Under the pieces are notes generated by a model, which had not been told where the DNA came from, did no database searches, and saw nothing but the letters and a program-made list of their open reading frames with translations. DNA of 64,000 bases from an uncultured Erysipelotrichaceae bacterium (GTDB lineage Bacteria; Bacillota_I; Bacilli_A; RFN20; CAG-826). The stretch covers positions 7,323 to 71,322 of the forward strand of contig CAMVEL010000007.1 of NCBI GenBank assembly GCA_947166565.1, in the 5' to 3' direction. The translations under genes and the position numbers were made by a program. Positions 45,386 through 54,996 of the stretch are shown one piece after another; the first letter of the stretch is position 1, and every line of letters begins with the position of its first letter.

Positions 45386-47228
45386 AGAACAACGCATCCT
45401 CGAAGAGGTCGATAAGAAAAATCGGGCCGAAATCGAGAGATTAAAGGGCGTACATGTTATCAAAACCCTTAAGCAATACGCGCGTGGATATTGGAAACAC
45501 GCGGTATTGGCTTGGGTGCTTTGCGTGGTGGAGGTCGGATGCGAAATCGCAATACCCTTCCTTGCGCAATTCATTATCAATTACATAAACATGATGGAGG
45601 GGACCGTAACATTTACGGACCCAATGTCGACGAATTTGGCTTTAACTAGCTCCATTATGGCTACTTTGGCGGTCATTAGCGCTACTTGCGGAATAGTTGC
45701 GGGGTTTGCCGCGGCCAAAGCCTCGGCGGGATTTGGCAAAAACCTTAGACAAGCAATGTTCTATAAGATACAAACCTTCTCCTTTGCTAACATTGATAAA
45801 TTCTCGACCGCCTCTTTGGTAACTCGCCTTACAACGGACGTCACCAACGTCCAATTTGCCGTTCAGATGATTTTGAGACTGGTCGTGCGCGCGCCTCTAA
45901 TGATCATATTTGCCTTCTCCATGGCCGTCTCCATTTCTTGGCAGCTTAGTTTGGTATTCGTGGCTGTTGTTCCTCTTTTGGCCTTTGTCTTGTTCTTTAT
46001 TGCCATTAAGGTTCACCCAACTTTTGTAAAAGTGTTTAACGCATACGACGATTTAAATGCTTCAGTTGAAGAAAACCTCAACGGAATACGTGTTGTTAAA
46101 AGCTTTGGCAGAGAGTCTTTTGAAACCGAAAAATTCGGGCATGTCTCCTATTTTATTTATAAGAACTTCGTCCATGCCGAGAAGATTCTCGCTTTTAATG
46201 ACCCTTCGATGCATTTAGCGGTTTACGCGTGCATGATCGTTATAGCTTTCTTCGGGGCAAGAATGATTGTTTCGACAGGAAACGCCCAAACCGGCTTTAC
46301 CGAGGGTAACTTAACTTCTTTGATTTCGTATATCATGCAAATCATGATGTCATTGATGATGATTTCCATGGGATTCGTCATGATTATCATTTCCAGAAAC
46401 TCCGCCGAACGTATTTCCGAAGTATTGATTGAAGAACCATCTTTGAAAAACAAAGAGAATCCAATTATGGAAGTCCCAAATGGTCAAGTCGACTTTGAGA
46501 GTGTCGGTTTTAGATATAACGCAAAATCGGAAAAAGAAGTCTTAGAAAACATCAATGTTCATATTCCTTCTGGGTCGGTTGTTGGCATAATCGGTGGTAC
46601 GGGGTCCTCAAAATCTTCTTTTGTTAATCTAATTGCTAGACTTTACGACGTTAGCAGAGGAGCAGTTAAGGTTGGAGGGAACGATGTTAGGGATTACGAC
46701 CTACACGCATTGCGTGATTCGGTAGCAGTTGTCTTGCAGAAAAACGTTTTGTTTAGCGGGACCGTGCGCTCAAATTTACTTTGGGGTAACAAAGATGCAA
46801 CAGACGAAGAAATAAAACATGCCGCTAAACTTGCCTGCGCAGATGAATTCATTGAAAGGATGCCAAAAGGCTACGATTCGCCTATAGAACAGGGTGGCAC
46901 TAATGTGTCTGGGGGCCAAAGGCAAAGGCTTTGTATAGCTAGAGCCCTTCTAAAGAGCCCCAAAATATTGATTTTGGATGATTCTACGTCCGCGGTTGAT
47001 ACCCATACGGATTCGTTGATCCGCGCCTCTTTCAAGACAGAGATTCCAAACGTTACCAAGTTTATTGTTTCTCAACGCGTCCTTTCCATTAAGGATGCAG
47101 ACTTAATTTTGGTCTTTGATAAAGGCCAAATCGTGGGCATGGGTAAGAACGACGATCTCATCAAAACCTGCCCAATCTATAAAGAACTGCATGAGACTCA
47201 ACTGGGAGGAGGTGATTTCGATGAATAA
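45375..47228 (+). CDS. ABC exporter subunit (TMD-NBD half-transporter, heterodimer partner 1)
   Basis: A 6-TM domain is followed by the Walker A GGTGSSKSS, the signature VSGGQRQRLCIARAL, and Walker B ILDDSTSAVD. Confidence 0.9.
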   Translation: MASEEQRILEEVDKKNRAEIERLKGVHVIKTLKQYARGYWKHAVLAWVLCVVEVGCEIAIPFLAQFIINYINMMEGTVTFTDPMSTNLALTSSIMATLAVISATCGIVAGFAAAKASAGFGKNLRQAMFYKIQTFSFANIDKFSTASLVTRLTTDVTNVQFAVQMILRLVVRAPLMIIFAFSMAVSISWQLSLVFVAVVPLLAFVLFFIAIKVHPTFVKVFNAYDDLNASVEENLNGIRVVKSFGRESFETEKFGHVSYFIYKNFVHAEKILAFNDPSMHLAVYACMIVIAFFGARMIVSTGNAQTGFTEGNLTSLISYIMQIMMSLMMISMGFVMIIISRNSAERISEVLIEEPSLKNKENPIMEVPNGQVDFESVGFRYNAKSEKEVLENINVHIPSGSVVGIIGGTGSSKSSFVNLIARLYDVSRGAVKVGGNDVRDYDLHALRDSVAVVLQKNVLFSGTVRSNLLWGNKDATDEEIKHAAKLACADEFIERMPKGYDSPIEQGGTNVSGGQRQRLCIARALLKSPKILILDDSTSAVDTHTDSLIRASFKTEIPNVTKFIVSQRVLSIKDADLILVFDKGQIVGMGKNDDLIKTCPIYKELHETQLGGGDFDE

Positions 47229-49149
47229 GAGACCAAAATTGGATTTTAAGACTACCATGTCATTGTTTTTCCGCCTTTTAGGTCGTATGTTTAGGGGCCA
47301 CCCCGTCATGTTTTTGCTTTGCATCCCGACAATTATCGTCGGGGTTGCGGTTCAATCAATCGGCGCTTTGTTCATTGGTCAAATTTTGATTAACCAGTTC
47401 ATTGAACCATCAATTGCCGCTGGCAGATCGCCAGATCAAATTGTTGGCGTAGTTAACTTGTTTGGGAACGCCATCGAAGTAAGCCTTCTAACTGCCGTTT
47501 TGGCAATGGCAAGCTTATATCTTTTGGGTGTGGTGTGCGTCTTCCTTTATCGCGTTATGGCTTGCATTGTTGGACAATCTGCCCAAATGGGTATCCGCAA
47601 CGAGCTGTTTGAGAAAATGGAAAGCCTCCCATTAAAATATTTTGATACGCGCATACACGGGGACATAATGTCCGTTTATACAAACGACGTTGATACGTTG
47701 CGCGAATTAACCTCAAGGGTCCTTCCAACCGTTGTGCAAATGCTATTTGCCATGCTTATCGCGTTAATTACGATGATTTCGACGGGTTCATGGCCTTTGC
47801 TCTTGGTGGTCTTAGGTTTCTTTGTCGTTATTCTTACGACGATTACAATCGTAACAAAACAGTCTTCAAAATATTTCATTGCCCAACAAAGAATTCTTGG
47901 TCAGACAAACGGTTATATTGAGGAAATGATATCCGGGCAGAAGGTTGTTAAGGTCTTTAATCATGAAGAAGAGAACAAGGAAGGGTTTGACAAGCTCAAT
48001 GAATCGTTGTGCAAAAACGTCACTAAATCCTCTCAGTTCTCGTCTATTCTTGGTCCAATCACCAACAACCTAAGTAATTTGATGTATGTCGTGCTTGCTT
48101 CCGTTGGAGCCGCCGGAATCTCTGCAGGAATTGATGGTTTATCCATCGGGACCATCGTTTCCTTCCTTTCTTTAGGGAGAAGCTTCATTATGCCAATTGC
48201 CCAACTTGCGAGCCAGATCAATATGATTATAGTCGCGATGGCGGGCGCACAACGTATTTTTGCCATGATCGATGAAACGCCCGAAACAGACCAAGGGTAT
48301 GTTTCTCTCGTTAATGCGAAAAAAGGTCCTGATGGTCAGCCAGTTGAAGTCGAAGAAAAAACCGGACTATGGGCGTGGAAACATCCGCACACAGATGGTT
48401 CTGGAACGACTTATACATGGCTTGCCGGGAAAATAACTATGGATCACGTAGACTTTGGATATAACAAAGAGAAAATAGTTCTTCATGACGTCTCTTTATA
48501 TGCCAAACCAGGACAAAAAGTTGCTTTTGTGGGTCCGACAGGGGCGGGCAAAACCACGATAACGAACTTATTAAACCGTTTTTACGATATAGAAGACGGA
48601 AAGATTCGTTTCGATGACATCAATATAAACAAGATCAAAAAGAAAGATCTCCGCAGGGCCATGGGGATGGTTTTGCAAGATACGAATCTTTTTACCGCGA
48701 CGGTTAGGGAAAACATTCGTTACGGAAACCCAGATGCTACTGATGAAGAAGTCGAAAACGCAGCAAAATTAGCAAACGCAGACGGATTTATCAGAATGCT
48801 CCCAGAAGGATATGATACAGTCTTAAGGTCCGCTGGAGCAGACTTGTCACAAGGTCAAAGACAATTACTATCCATTGCCCGTGCGGCTTGTGCAAATCCT
48901 CCGGTGTTGATTCTCGATGAAGCTACTTCTTCAATCGACTCAAGAACAGAGAAGATTGTCGCAAAGGGAATGGACGCCATTATGGAAGGCAGAACTGTCT
49001 TTGTCATAGCCCACCGCTTGTCCACCATTCAAAACAGCAACGTCATCATCGTTCTCGAGAACGGTCATGTCAGCGAGAAAGGCAACCATGAGCAACTGCT
49101 GGCAGCCAAAGGGAAGTATTACCAGCTTTACACGGGTGGAAAGCAGTAA
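47221..49149 (+). CDS. ABC exporter subunit (heterodimer partner 2) with a roughly 45-aa insertion between the TMD and NBD
   Basis: Walker A GPTGAGKTT, signature LSQGQRQLLSIARA, Walker B ILDEATSSID. It overlaps partner 1 by 8 nt. Confidence 0.9.
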   Translation: MNKRPKLDFKTTMSLFFRLLGRMFRGHPVMFLLCIPTIIVGVAVQSIGALFIGQILINQFIEPSIAAGRSPDQIVGVVNLFGNAIEVSLLTAVLAMASLYLLGVVCVFLYRVMACIVGQSAQMGIRNELFEKMESLPLKYFDTRIHGDIMSVYTNDVDTLRELTSRVLPTVVQMLFAMLIALITMISTGSWPLLLVVLGFFVVILTTITIVTKQSSKYFIAQQRILGQTNGYIEEMISGQKVVKVFNHEEENKEGFDKLNESLCKNVTKSSQFSSILGPITNNLSNLMYVVLASVGAAGISAGIDGLSIGTIVSFLSLGRSFIMPIAQLASQINMIIVAMAGAQRIFAMIDETPETDQGYVSLVNAKKGPDGQPVEVEEKTGLWAWKHPHTDGSGTTYTWLAGKITMDHVDFGYNKEKIVLHDVSLYAKPGQKVAFVGPTGAGKTTITNLLNRFYDIEDGKIRFDDININKIKKKDLRRAMGMVLQDTNLFTATVRENIRYGNPDATDEEVENAAKLANADGFIRMLPEGYDTVLRSAGADLSQGQRQLLSIARAACANPPVLILDEATSSIDSRTEKIVAKGMDAIMEGRTVFVIAHRLSTIQNSNVIIVLENGHVSEKGNHEQLLAAKGKYYQLYTGGKQ

Positions 49150-49250
49150 TTATTTCTAACTTTATATGAAAATATATAAGGAAGAGAAAAACTAGTATAA
49201 TAACGCATTATTTACAAAACAAAATATAAATTCCTTAAATATATTCTAAA

Positions 49251-49277
49251 AAGCGCCGAATAAAAGGCGCTTTTTTC
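49251..49277 (+). terminator. Rho-independent terminator of the ABC exporter operon
   Basis: Stem AAGCGCC / GGCGCTT followed by TTTTTT. Confidence 0.8.
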
Positions 49278-49565
49278 AACAACTTATGGCTATAGATGAT
49301 TATAGTTGTTTCTCGATGGCCCCTCGGCATGGTGATGGCTGACATAAGGGCAGAATTCGATCGTTCAGAGAAAAAACCTGTGTGGTTTTTTGAAGGCATT
49401 TTAACCAACTGTAAACCCAAAAAATGAATAATGACAATTTTTTATATTGAGCAAATAGTTAAAATGATGAATGGTTGGGCTCCTTCTCAAACTTGGCCAG
49501 AAAATAGGTCTCTTTTCTTTGTAAACTAATTCCTTTTAAGTAAACTAAAATGTATAATTAGAATT

Positions 49566-50531
49566 ATGAATATCTTAAATATAGTTAATATCGCTGAAAG
49601 CCAATTTAAAAAGACTAAATCACTATCAAGTGCCTTAAAAGGTTATTACACCTTCACCAAAGGGGTTTATTATGGGGCTTCTTTTGTTATAGCGAGGGCC
49701 ACAACTTCTTTTTCCCTTGACGAAATTCGGGCACATTATGCTGAATTGTCTGAATCTTTTGACCTTCCTGTTTGCCTTTATTTGCTTTCTAGCTCCTCTT
49801 ACGCCATTAAAGCTTTGGCAAGAGACGGTATACCCTTTTATGTTGAAGATCGCTTTGCCTACATTCCTTTTCTTTCCATGCTCGGTAAAAAGAAGAACGA
49901 AAAGAATTTGACTAATCCGAAAAAACTATCGATGGTTTGTCAACATTTTGTTTTGTATTGCATGTTCAACGATATTCGATCCGTTTCGGTCACCAAGGCG
50001 TCTGAACTTATTGGATTATCGAAAATGTCGCTTTCCAAAGCTTTTGACGAACTCGAATCCTTGCAACTTCCCGTTAGAGAGGAAGGGAGAGTAAGGCTTT
50101 TTAGATGGGATCTTCCATGGGGCAGTTTGTTAAAAATTTTGCTCCCGAAAATGACGTCCCCGGTTAAAAACGAATATCGCTTGTCGGAAAAGATCGATCT
50201 ACCGAATTCTTTCTTGTCTGGCATCTCGATGCTTGCGACCAAAACTCAACTTGGCGATAACAATTATCAGACTGTTGCTGTAGCAAAAAATAAAGAAACC
50301 ATCGATAGAATTCAAGAAATTGAGGTTGTTCCATATTTTGAAAAACCAGCGCAAATTATAACTACGATGAGCTATGTTGTTTCCTATCAAAATGAAACTA
50401 CAATTGACCCTGTTTCCGCCTGGCTTTCCCTTCCGGACAATTATTTTGAAGACGCTCGCGTTGTCTTTGAAGTGGGGAGATTGTTCTCGAGGGTCATAGA
50501 TGGCTGGGAGGCTTCGTGGCCGCTTAAATGA
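49566..50531 (+). CDS. Hypothetical protein with an internal HTH-like segment, located in an AT-rich island
   Basis: It is 321 aa. A putative HTH VTKASELIGLSKMSLSKAFDEL is present. TATAAT lies 8 nt upstream of the ATG with no SD. Confidence 0.5.
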   Translation: MNILNIVNIAESQFKKTKSLSSALKGYYTFTKGVYYGASFVIARATTSFSLDEIRAHYAELSESFDLPVCLYLLSSSSYAIKALARDGIPFYVEDRFAYIPFLSMLGKKKNEKNLTNPKKLSMVCQHFVLYCMFNDIRSVSVTKASELIGLSKMSLSKAFDELESLQLPVREEGRVRLFRWDLPWGSLLKILLPKMTSPVKNEYRLSEKIDLPNSFLSGISMLATKTQLGDNNYQTVAVAKNKETIDRIQEIEVVPYFEKPAQIITTMSYVVSYQNETTIDPVSAWLSLPDNYFEDARVVFEVGRLFSRVIDGWEASWPLK

Positions 50532-50608
50532 CTATATTTGCATTTACCGCGTTTAAAAAACGCGCGAAATGCTGTATCCTTCTTTAGCCCTATTTAAGGA
50601 GTTTGCCG

Positions 50609-52093
50609 ATGGAAGAAAAAATGAATGATCAAGAATTAGCCCGCTTCAATAAGCTGGAAAGATATAAAGAACTTGGCGTCGATCCCTTTGGGAAGCGTTA
50701 CGAATGGAAAGACAAAATTGCCGATATTCGTGCTCAATACGGCGCTTTAAGCGATGAAGAACTTAGCGAAAAGCAGATTACTGTTAACGTTGCCGGAAGG
50801 CTAATGGCCATCCGCTTAATGGGCAAGGCCAGTTTTGTCAATTTAAGAGACGATACTGATGCCATCCAAGGTTGGATTGGACTCAACGTTGTCGGCGAAG
50901 AAGGCTATACGGTTTTTAAGCTTGCTGATACGGGCGATATCGTTGGTCTTGAAGGCACGCTCATGCGTTCTAGAACAGGCGAGCTTACCATCAGAGTTAC
51001 CAAGTTCACCCACATCTCCAAATGCCTTAAGCCACTCCCAGAAAAGTATCATGGCCTAACCGACACCGAAGAGAGGTATCGCCACCGTTACTTAGACATG
51101 ATCATCAACCCAGAGTCCAGGAGAATCGCGGTTTTACGTTCTCATATCGTTTCGGAAATCCGTCGTTATTGTGATGCCCTTGGCTTCTTGGAAATCGAGA
51201 CTCCGATTCTCTCGCCAATCGCAGGGGGCGCGGCCGCTAAACCATTCATTACTCACCACAATGCCCTCGATAAGGATTTCTATCTTCGCATCGCGACCGA
51301 GTTAAACCTAAAAAAGGCAATGATTGGTGGCATTGACCGCGTCTATGAAATCGGGCGCATCTTCCGCAACGAAGGAATCGATACCCGCCACAATCCGGAA
51401 TTCACCACCATTGAGCTTTATCAGGCTTATGGGGACCTCCGTTCCATGATGGAATGGACCGAAGGTCTATTCAAAGACGTCTGCGAGAAGGTTTTGGGCC
51501 AAGACAAAATCACTTGGGGAGAGGTCGAGATCGATTTCTCCAAACCCTTCCGTTCCATCTCCATGGCCGAAGCCATTTTGGAAAAAACCGGCATCGATTT
51601 CCGTGAAGATATTCCATTTGAAAAGGCCGTCGAACTAGCTAAAGAACACAAAGTTCCTCTTCAAAAAACATGGAATTCCACCGGTTATATCATGCAGGCA
51701 TTCTTTGACGAATTCGTTGAGAAGACGCTTATCCAACCGACCTTTATCCATACATACCCAATAGAGGTTTCACCATTAACCAAGAAGACCGAAGATCCAA
51801 GATTCGTTGACCGTTTCGAACTCTTTATCGGTGGGTTTGAGTTTGGCAATGCTTACTCTGAACTCAATAATCCCTTTGACCAGCTTGAAAGATTCGAAGC
51901 CCAACTTGCCGCTAGAGATCGTGGAGATGAAGAGGCTAACGATATCGACAATTCCTTCCTTGATGCCATGCGTTATGGCATGCCTCCAGCTGGTGGAATT
52001 GGTGTCGGTATTGACCGTATGTGCATGCTTTTCTGCAACGTCCAAAACATTCGAGAAGTCATCCTCTTCCCAACGATGAAAGACGAAAAATAA
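50609..52093 (+). CDS. lysS: Lysyl-tRNA synthetase (class II)
   Basis: An OB anticodon-binding domain and class II motifs 1-3 are present. The AAGGAG RBS is 7 nt before ATG 50609. The listed start is a TTG at 50603. Confidence 0.95.
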   Translation: MEEKMNDQELARFNKLERYKELGVDPFGKRYEWKDKIADIRAQYGALSDEELSEKQITVNVAGRLMAIRLMGKASFVNLRDDTDAIQGWIGLNVVGEEGYTVFKLADTGDIVGLEGTLMRSRTGELTIRVTKFTHISKCLKPLPEKYHGLTDTEERYRHRYLDMIINPESRRIAVLRSHIVSEIRRYCDALGFLEIETPILSPIAGGAAAKPFITHHNALDKDFYLRIATELNLKKAMIGGIDRVYEIGRIFRNEGIDTRHNPEFTTIELYQAYGDLRSMMEWTEGLFKDVCEKVLGQDKITWGEVEIDFSKPFRSISMAEAILEKTGIDFREDIPFEKAVELAKEHKVPLQKTWNSTGYIMQAFFDEFVEKTLIQPTFIHTYPIEVSPLTKKTEDPRFVDRFELFIGGFEFGNAYSELNNPFDQLERFEAQLAARDRGDEEANDIDNSFLDAMRYGMPPAGGIGVGIDRMCMLFCNVQNIREVILFPTMKDEK

Positions 52094-52120
52094 AAGCCAA
52101 AAAACAATTATAAAAACAAA

Positions 52121-52156
52121 AAGCAGTTTTGGGTAAAACTCAAACTGCTTTTTTGT
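52121..52156 (+). terminator. Rho-independent terminator of lysS
   Basis: Stem AAGCAGTTT / AAACTGCTT followed by TTTTT. Confidence 0.75.
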
Positions 52157-52254
52157 CAATTTATTTCGGATTTTTATTTGTAAATGATGCTATTTTTGAA
52201 CTTCTTTCAGAAGTCGTTGATTATCGTCGTTTACATCACTATAATACCAACGCT

Positions 52255-52345
52255 CTCTTCCGAAGGAAAAGAGGCGCATGACTTCTATGGTCGCACGGGT
52301 TCCCTCCCGAGGCGATCCGATTAGTCCGAAACTAGGAGGTGCAAA
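52255..52345 (+). promoter_or_regulatory. Structured rpsF 5' leader. It is a candidate S6:S18 autoregulatory element in which CCCUCC sequesters the SD.
   Basis: The anti-SD CCCTCC (52302-52307) is complementary to the SD GGAGG (52334-52339). There is an additional upstream hairpin. Confidence 0.35.
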
Positions 52346-52350
52346 AGATT

Positions 52351-52638
52351 ATGGGAAAGTACGAGATTATGTACATCCTCTCTGCCGAACTCGACGAAGC
52401 CGCTCGTAAAGCAGAGATCGAGAAGCTCCACGGCATTCTTACCAACGATGGTATCGAAGTTAAGAACGTCAATGAGTGGGGAGTCCGTGATTTTGCCTAT
52501 CCGATCAAAAAGCAGACCAAAGGCTACTATGTCGTCGTCAAAGTTGCTGGCGAAGCCGAAGGCCTCAAAGAATTTGATCGTTTGGCCAGGTTGGATAATG
52601 CCGTTATTCGGTTCCTTATCACCGTCGACAAAGAATAA
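52351..52638 (+). CDS. rpsF: 30S ribosomal protein S6
   Basis: It begins MGKYEIMYIL. The listed GTG at 52339 is replaced by ATG 52351. Confidence 0.95.
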   Translation: MGKYEIMYILSAELDEAARKAEIEKLHGILTNDGIEVKNVNEWGVRDFAYPIKKQTKGYYVVVKVAGEAEGLKEFDRLARLDNAVIRFLITVDKE

Positions 52639-52658
52639 CACCTGTAGGAGGCAATATT

Positions 52659-53105
52659 ATGCTTAATTCCGTAGTGCTCGTTGGCCGCTTAACCCGCGAC
52701 CCAGAACTCCGTAAAACTCCGAACGGCTCTAGCGTTGCGAGTTTCCGCTTGGCTAGTGACGATTCCTTCTCGAAGAATGGAACAGAAAAAACGACAATCT
52801 ACATTGACGTTACAGTCTTTGGAGCCCGTGCTGACACCGTTGCGAAATATATGCGCAAAGGAAGCATGGTCGGCGTTACAGGTCGCTTAAGCCAAAGAAA
52901 ATACGTTTCCAACAAAACCAATACTGAGGTTACCGTGACAGAAATCATCGCCAACGGCGTTGAATTCATTGGGCCTAAGGCCCAAGACGCTGACGACTCT
53001 GGTTATCAACCAGACGTTCCAGCGCCATCTGCCCCGGCCACCCAGGTATCTGAATCATCCAACCTTGACGGGGTTGATATCGTCGACGACGACCTCCCCT
53101 TCTAA
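52659..53105 (+). CDS. ssb: Single-stranded DNA-binding protein
   Basis: An OB fold and the acidic C-terminal tip DDDLPF are present. Confidence 0.95.
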   Translation: MLNSVVLVGRLTRDPELRKTPNGSSVASFRLASDDSFSKNGTEKTTIYIDVTVFGARADTVAKYMRKGSMVGVTGRLSQRKYVSNKTNTEVTVTEIIANGVEFIGPKAQDADDSGYQPDVPAPSAPATQVSESSNLDGVDIVDDDLPF

Positions 53106-53135
53106 GGAAGGAACATTAAGAAAGGACAAACAAGA

Positions 53136-53360
53136 ATGGCTTTTAAGAAAATGCGTTCTCGCAAGAAGCAGTGCTATTTCAAAAAGAACCACATCAAGTT
53201 CATCGATTATAAGGATGTCGAAACCCTCAAGAAATTCGTTTCTTCCGATGGCAAGATTACCCCTCGTTCCATCACCGGCACGAGCGCCAAATATCAGCGT
53301 GAACTTGCGGTTGCGATCAAGAACGCCCGTTATATGGGTCTTCTCCCAGTCGTTAAGTAA
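53136..53360 (+). CDS. rpsR: 30S ribosomal protein S18
   Basis: It is 74 aa with the basic stretch [10 protein letters not shown]. Confidence 0.95.
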   Translation: MAFKKMRSRKKQCYFKKNHIKFIDYKDVETLKKFVSSDGKITPRSITGTSAKYQRELAVAIKNARYMGLLPVVK

Positions 53361-53420
53361 ACTAGCCTGCTTGTCGCAGGACGAACCCGATTCCCCGATT
53401 TAGGACAAAACGGATTCACC

Positions 53421-53470
53421 TCGACGACGAAGCAACAAACCATCAAGACCGTCCCACGTGGGCGGTTTTC
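53421..53470 (+). repeat. Repeat copy A (tail-head junction) with the terminator hairpin CCGTCCCACGTGGGCGG+TTTTC. It probably terminates the rpsF-ssb-rpsR operon.
   Basis: It matches copy C in 45 of 46 positions. Confidence 0.8.
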
Positions 53471-53503
53471 TTATGTTTCTCCTCTTGCTAGTAGTATAAT
53501 TGG

Positions 53504-53620
53504 CTTGGGAATGATGTCTCCCATCTAGAAATAGAGAACCGCAATGAAGTGCTGATGACGTCTATGACTTGTTTTGTCATAGAAATCAGCGCTTTTGTTT
53601 CTATGGCAGATGGGAGGTAT
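53504..53620 (+). promoter_or_regulatory. Candidate fluoride riboswitch (crcB motif), with the aptamer at about 53506-53568 and a translational expression platform
   Basis: The P1 stem is GGGA/UCCC. Its loop GAUGUC can form a pseudoknot with GACGUC, which follows the conserved GCUGAUGAC-UCUAUG. The AACCGC and short P3 segments are present. Downstream, AGAUGGGAGG (the SD) is complementary to CCUCCCAUCU on the 3' side of P1. Confidence 0.55.
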
Positions 53621-53622
53621 CG

Positions 53623-54813
53623 ATGAATATATTTCTGTCTTTGTTTATTATTTTTGGTGGTGGGATCCTCGGTGGGTTTTTATTTGAGAAGATCAAACTC
53701 CCCAAACTGGTGTGGTATATCATTCTCGGGATTCTTATTGGACCATCTTTGTTCAATATCGTTGATGATACGTTGCTGTCGGTTTCGTCTCATCTAAGGC
53801 AAATCGCTTTGGTCATCATATTGACCAGGTCAGGCCTATCTTTGAACATTAAGAACCTAAAGAAAATAGGGCGACCTGCGATATTGATGTGCTTTTTACC
53901 CGCTTGTTTTGAAATTGCGGGCATCACGATATTTGGCCCAATGCTCCTCGGGATATCCTATTTCGAAGCCTTGCTTCTTGGCTCGGTCTTGGCGGCCGTT
54001 TCGCCGGCGGTAGTGGTTCCGAGAATGATTCGCCTAATGGAAGAAGGATATGGAAAAGAACACTGCGTGCCCGAACTTGTGATGGCGGGGGCATCTTGTG
54101 ACGACATCTTTGTAATCGTACTTTTCTATTCGTTCAAGAATCTGATCGCAACGTCCACCTTTGACGCTTGGAGCGTCGGGCAAATCCCCATTTCGATCGT
54201 CTCCGGTGTCATTTTGGGCATCGGAGTAGGCTTCTTGATGGTTTTAGCCATTCGATACATGAAACTAAATAGAATCGTCCATGTCATTTTGATGCTCGGT
54301 CTCTCCTTTGGGATGCTCGCCCTCGAGAATGCCTTGAAACCGTATTTCAGCGTTTCGTCTCTATTAGCCATCATCGTCATGGCATTTGTGGTGGGCGTCT
54401 TTAAAAAAGAGGAAGCGAAGGAGATGCAGAAATCCTATAACGGCTTATGGCAAGGTTTTGAAATCCTATTGTTCGCTCTCGTTGGCATTGCGGTCGATGT
54501 TCGTTACGCTTTTTCAAAAGAAGGGGCAGTCATCGTTGGGCTGGTTTTCATTGCGTTGGTATTTAGAAGTTTAGGCGTGTTTTGCAGCATAATTGCAACG
54601 AAATTCGCTTGGAAAGAAAAACTATATATCGTCGTTTCTTATCTCCCTAAGGCGACCGTTCAAGCATCGATTGGGGCGATTGCTTTGTCCGAAGGCCTTG
54701 CTTGCGGCACGTTGGTGCTGACCGCTGCGGTGGTGGCAATATTGATAACCGCTCCATTGGGTGCGATATTGATGGATAACCTGAAAAACAAATTGCTTAA
54801 GAGGGAGGCGTAG
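53623..54813 (+). CDS. CPA1-family cation/proton antiporter (Na+/H+ exchanger family)
   Basis: It has about 12 TM segments and a Na_H_Exchanger-like fold. The start is set to MNIFLSL, which follows the GGGAGG SD. The listed start at 53569 is an upstream in-frame extension. Confidence 0.75.
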   Translation: MNIFLSLFIIFGGGILGGFLFEKIKLPKLVWYIILGILIGPSLFNIVDDTLLSVSSHLRQIALVIILTRSGLSLNIKNLKKIGRPAILMCFLPACFEIAGITIFGPMLLGISYFEALLLGSVLAAVSPAVVVPRMIRLMEEGYGKEHCVPELVMAGASCDDIFVIVLFYSFKNLIATSTFDAWSVGQIPISIVSGVILGIGVGFLMVLAIRYMKLNRIVHVILMLGLSFGMLALENALKPYFSVSSLLAIIVMAFVVGVFKKEEAKEMQKSYNGLWQGFEILLFALVGIAVDVRYAFSKEGAVIVGLVFIALVFRSLGVFCSIIATKFAWKEKLYIVVSYLPKATVQASIGAIALSEGLACGTLVLTAAVVAILITAPLGAILMDNLKNKLLKREA

Positions 54814-54834
54814 TTCCTTCGACTCTTTTATAGG

Positions 54835-54937
54835 CAAGAAGCAACAAATCAACAGGACCGTCCCACGTGGGGCGGTTTTTTCATGCTCGTCCGCCCCTCG
54901 TCCTGGAGTTTTCAGAAGCCATCGACGTCGAAGCTAC
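54835..54937 (+). repeat. Repeat copy B (full unit: hairpin + CCCTCGTCCTGGA module + CATCGACGTCGAAGC tail)
   Basis: About 75% identical to copy D over roughly 85 bp. The hairpin is GACCGTCCCACGTGGGGCGG+TTTTTT. Confidence 0.75.
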
Positions 54938-54968
54938 TTTATATACTTGTATATAACTCGTTCTGGCT

Positions 54969-54996
54969 AGCCCCGGTCGTCCCACGTCTCACGATC
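54969..54996 (+). repeat. Degenerate additional hairpin-module copy (CGGTCGTCCCACGTCTCACGATCGTCC)
   Basis: It shares the CGTCCCACGT core with copies A, B and C. Confidence 0.4.

Noticed and set aside
49235-49420. 61-aa minus-strand ORF in the AT-rich gap after the ABC exporter
   Set aside because: It has no RBS, overlaps the operon terminator, and its composition is AT-driven.
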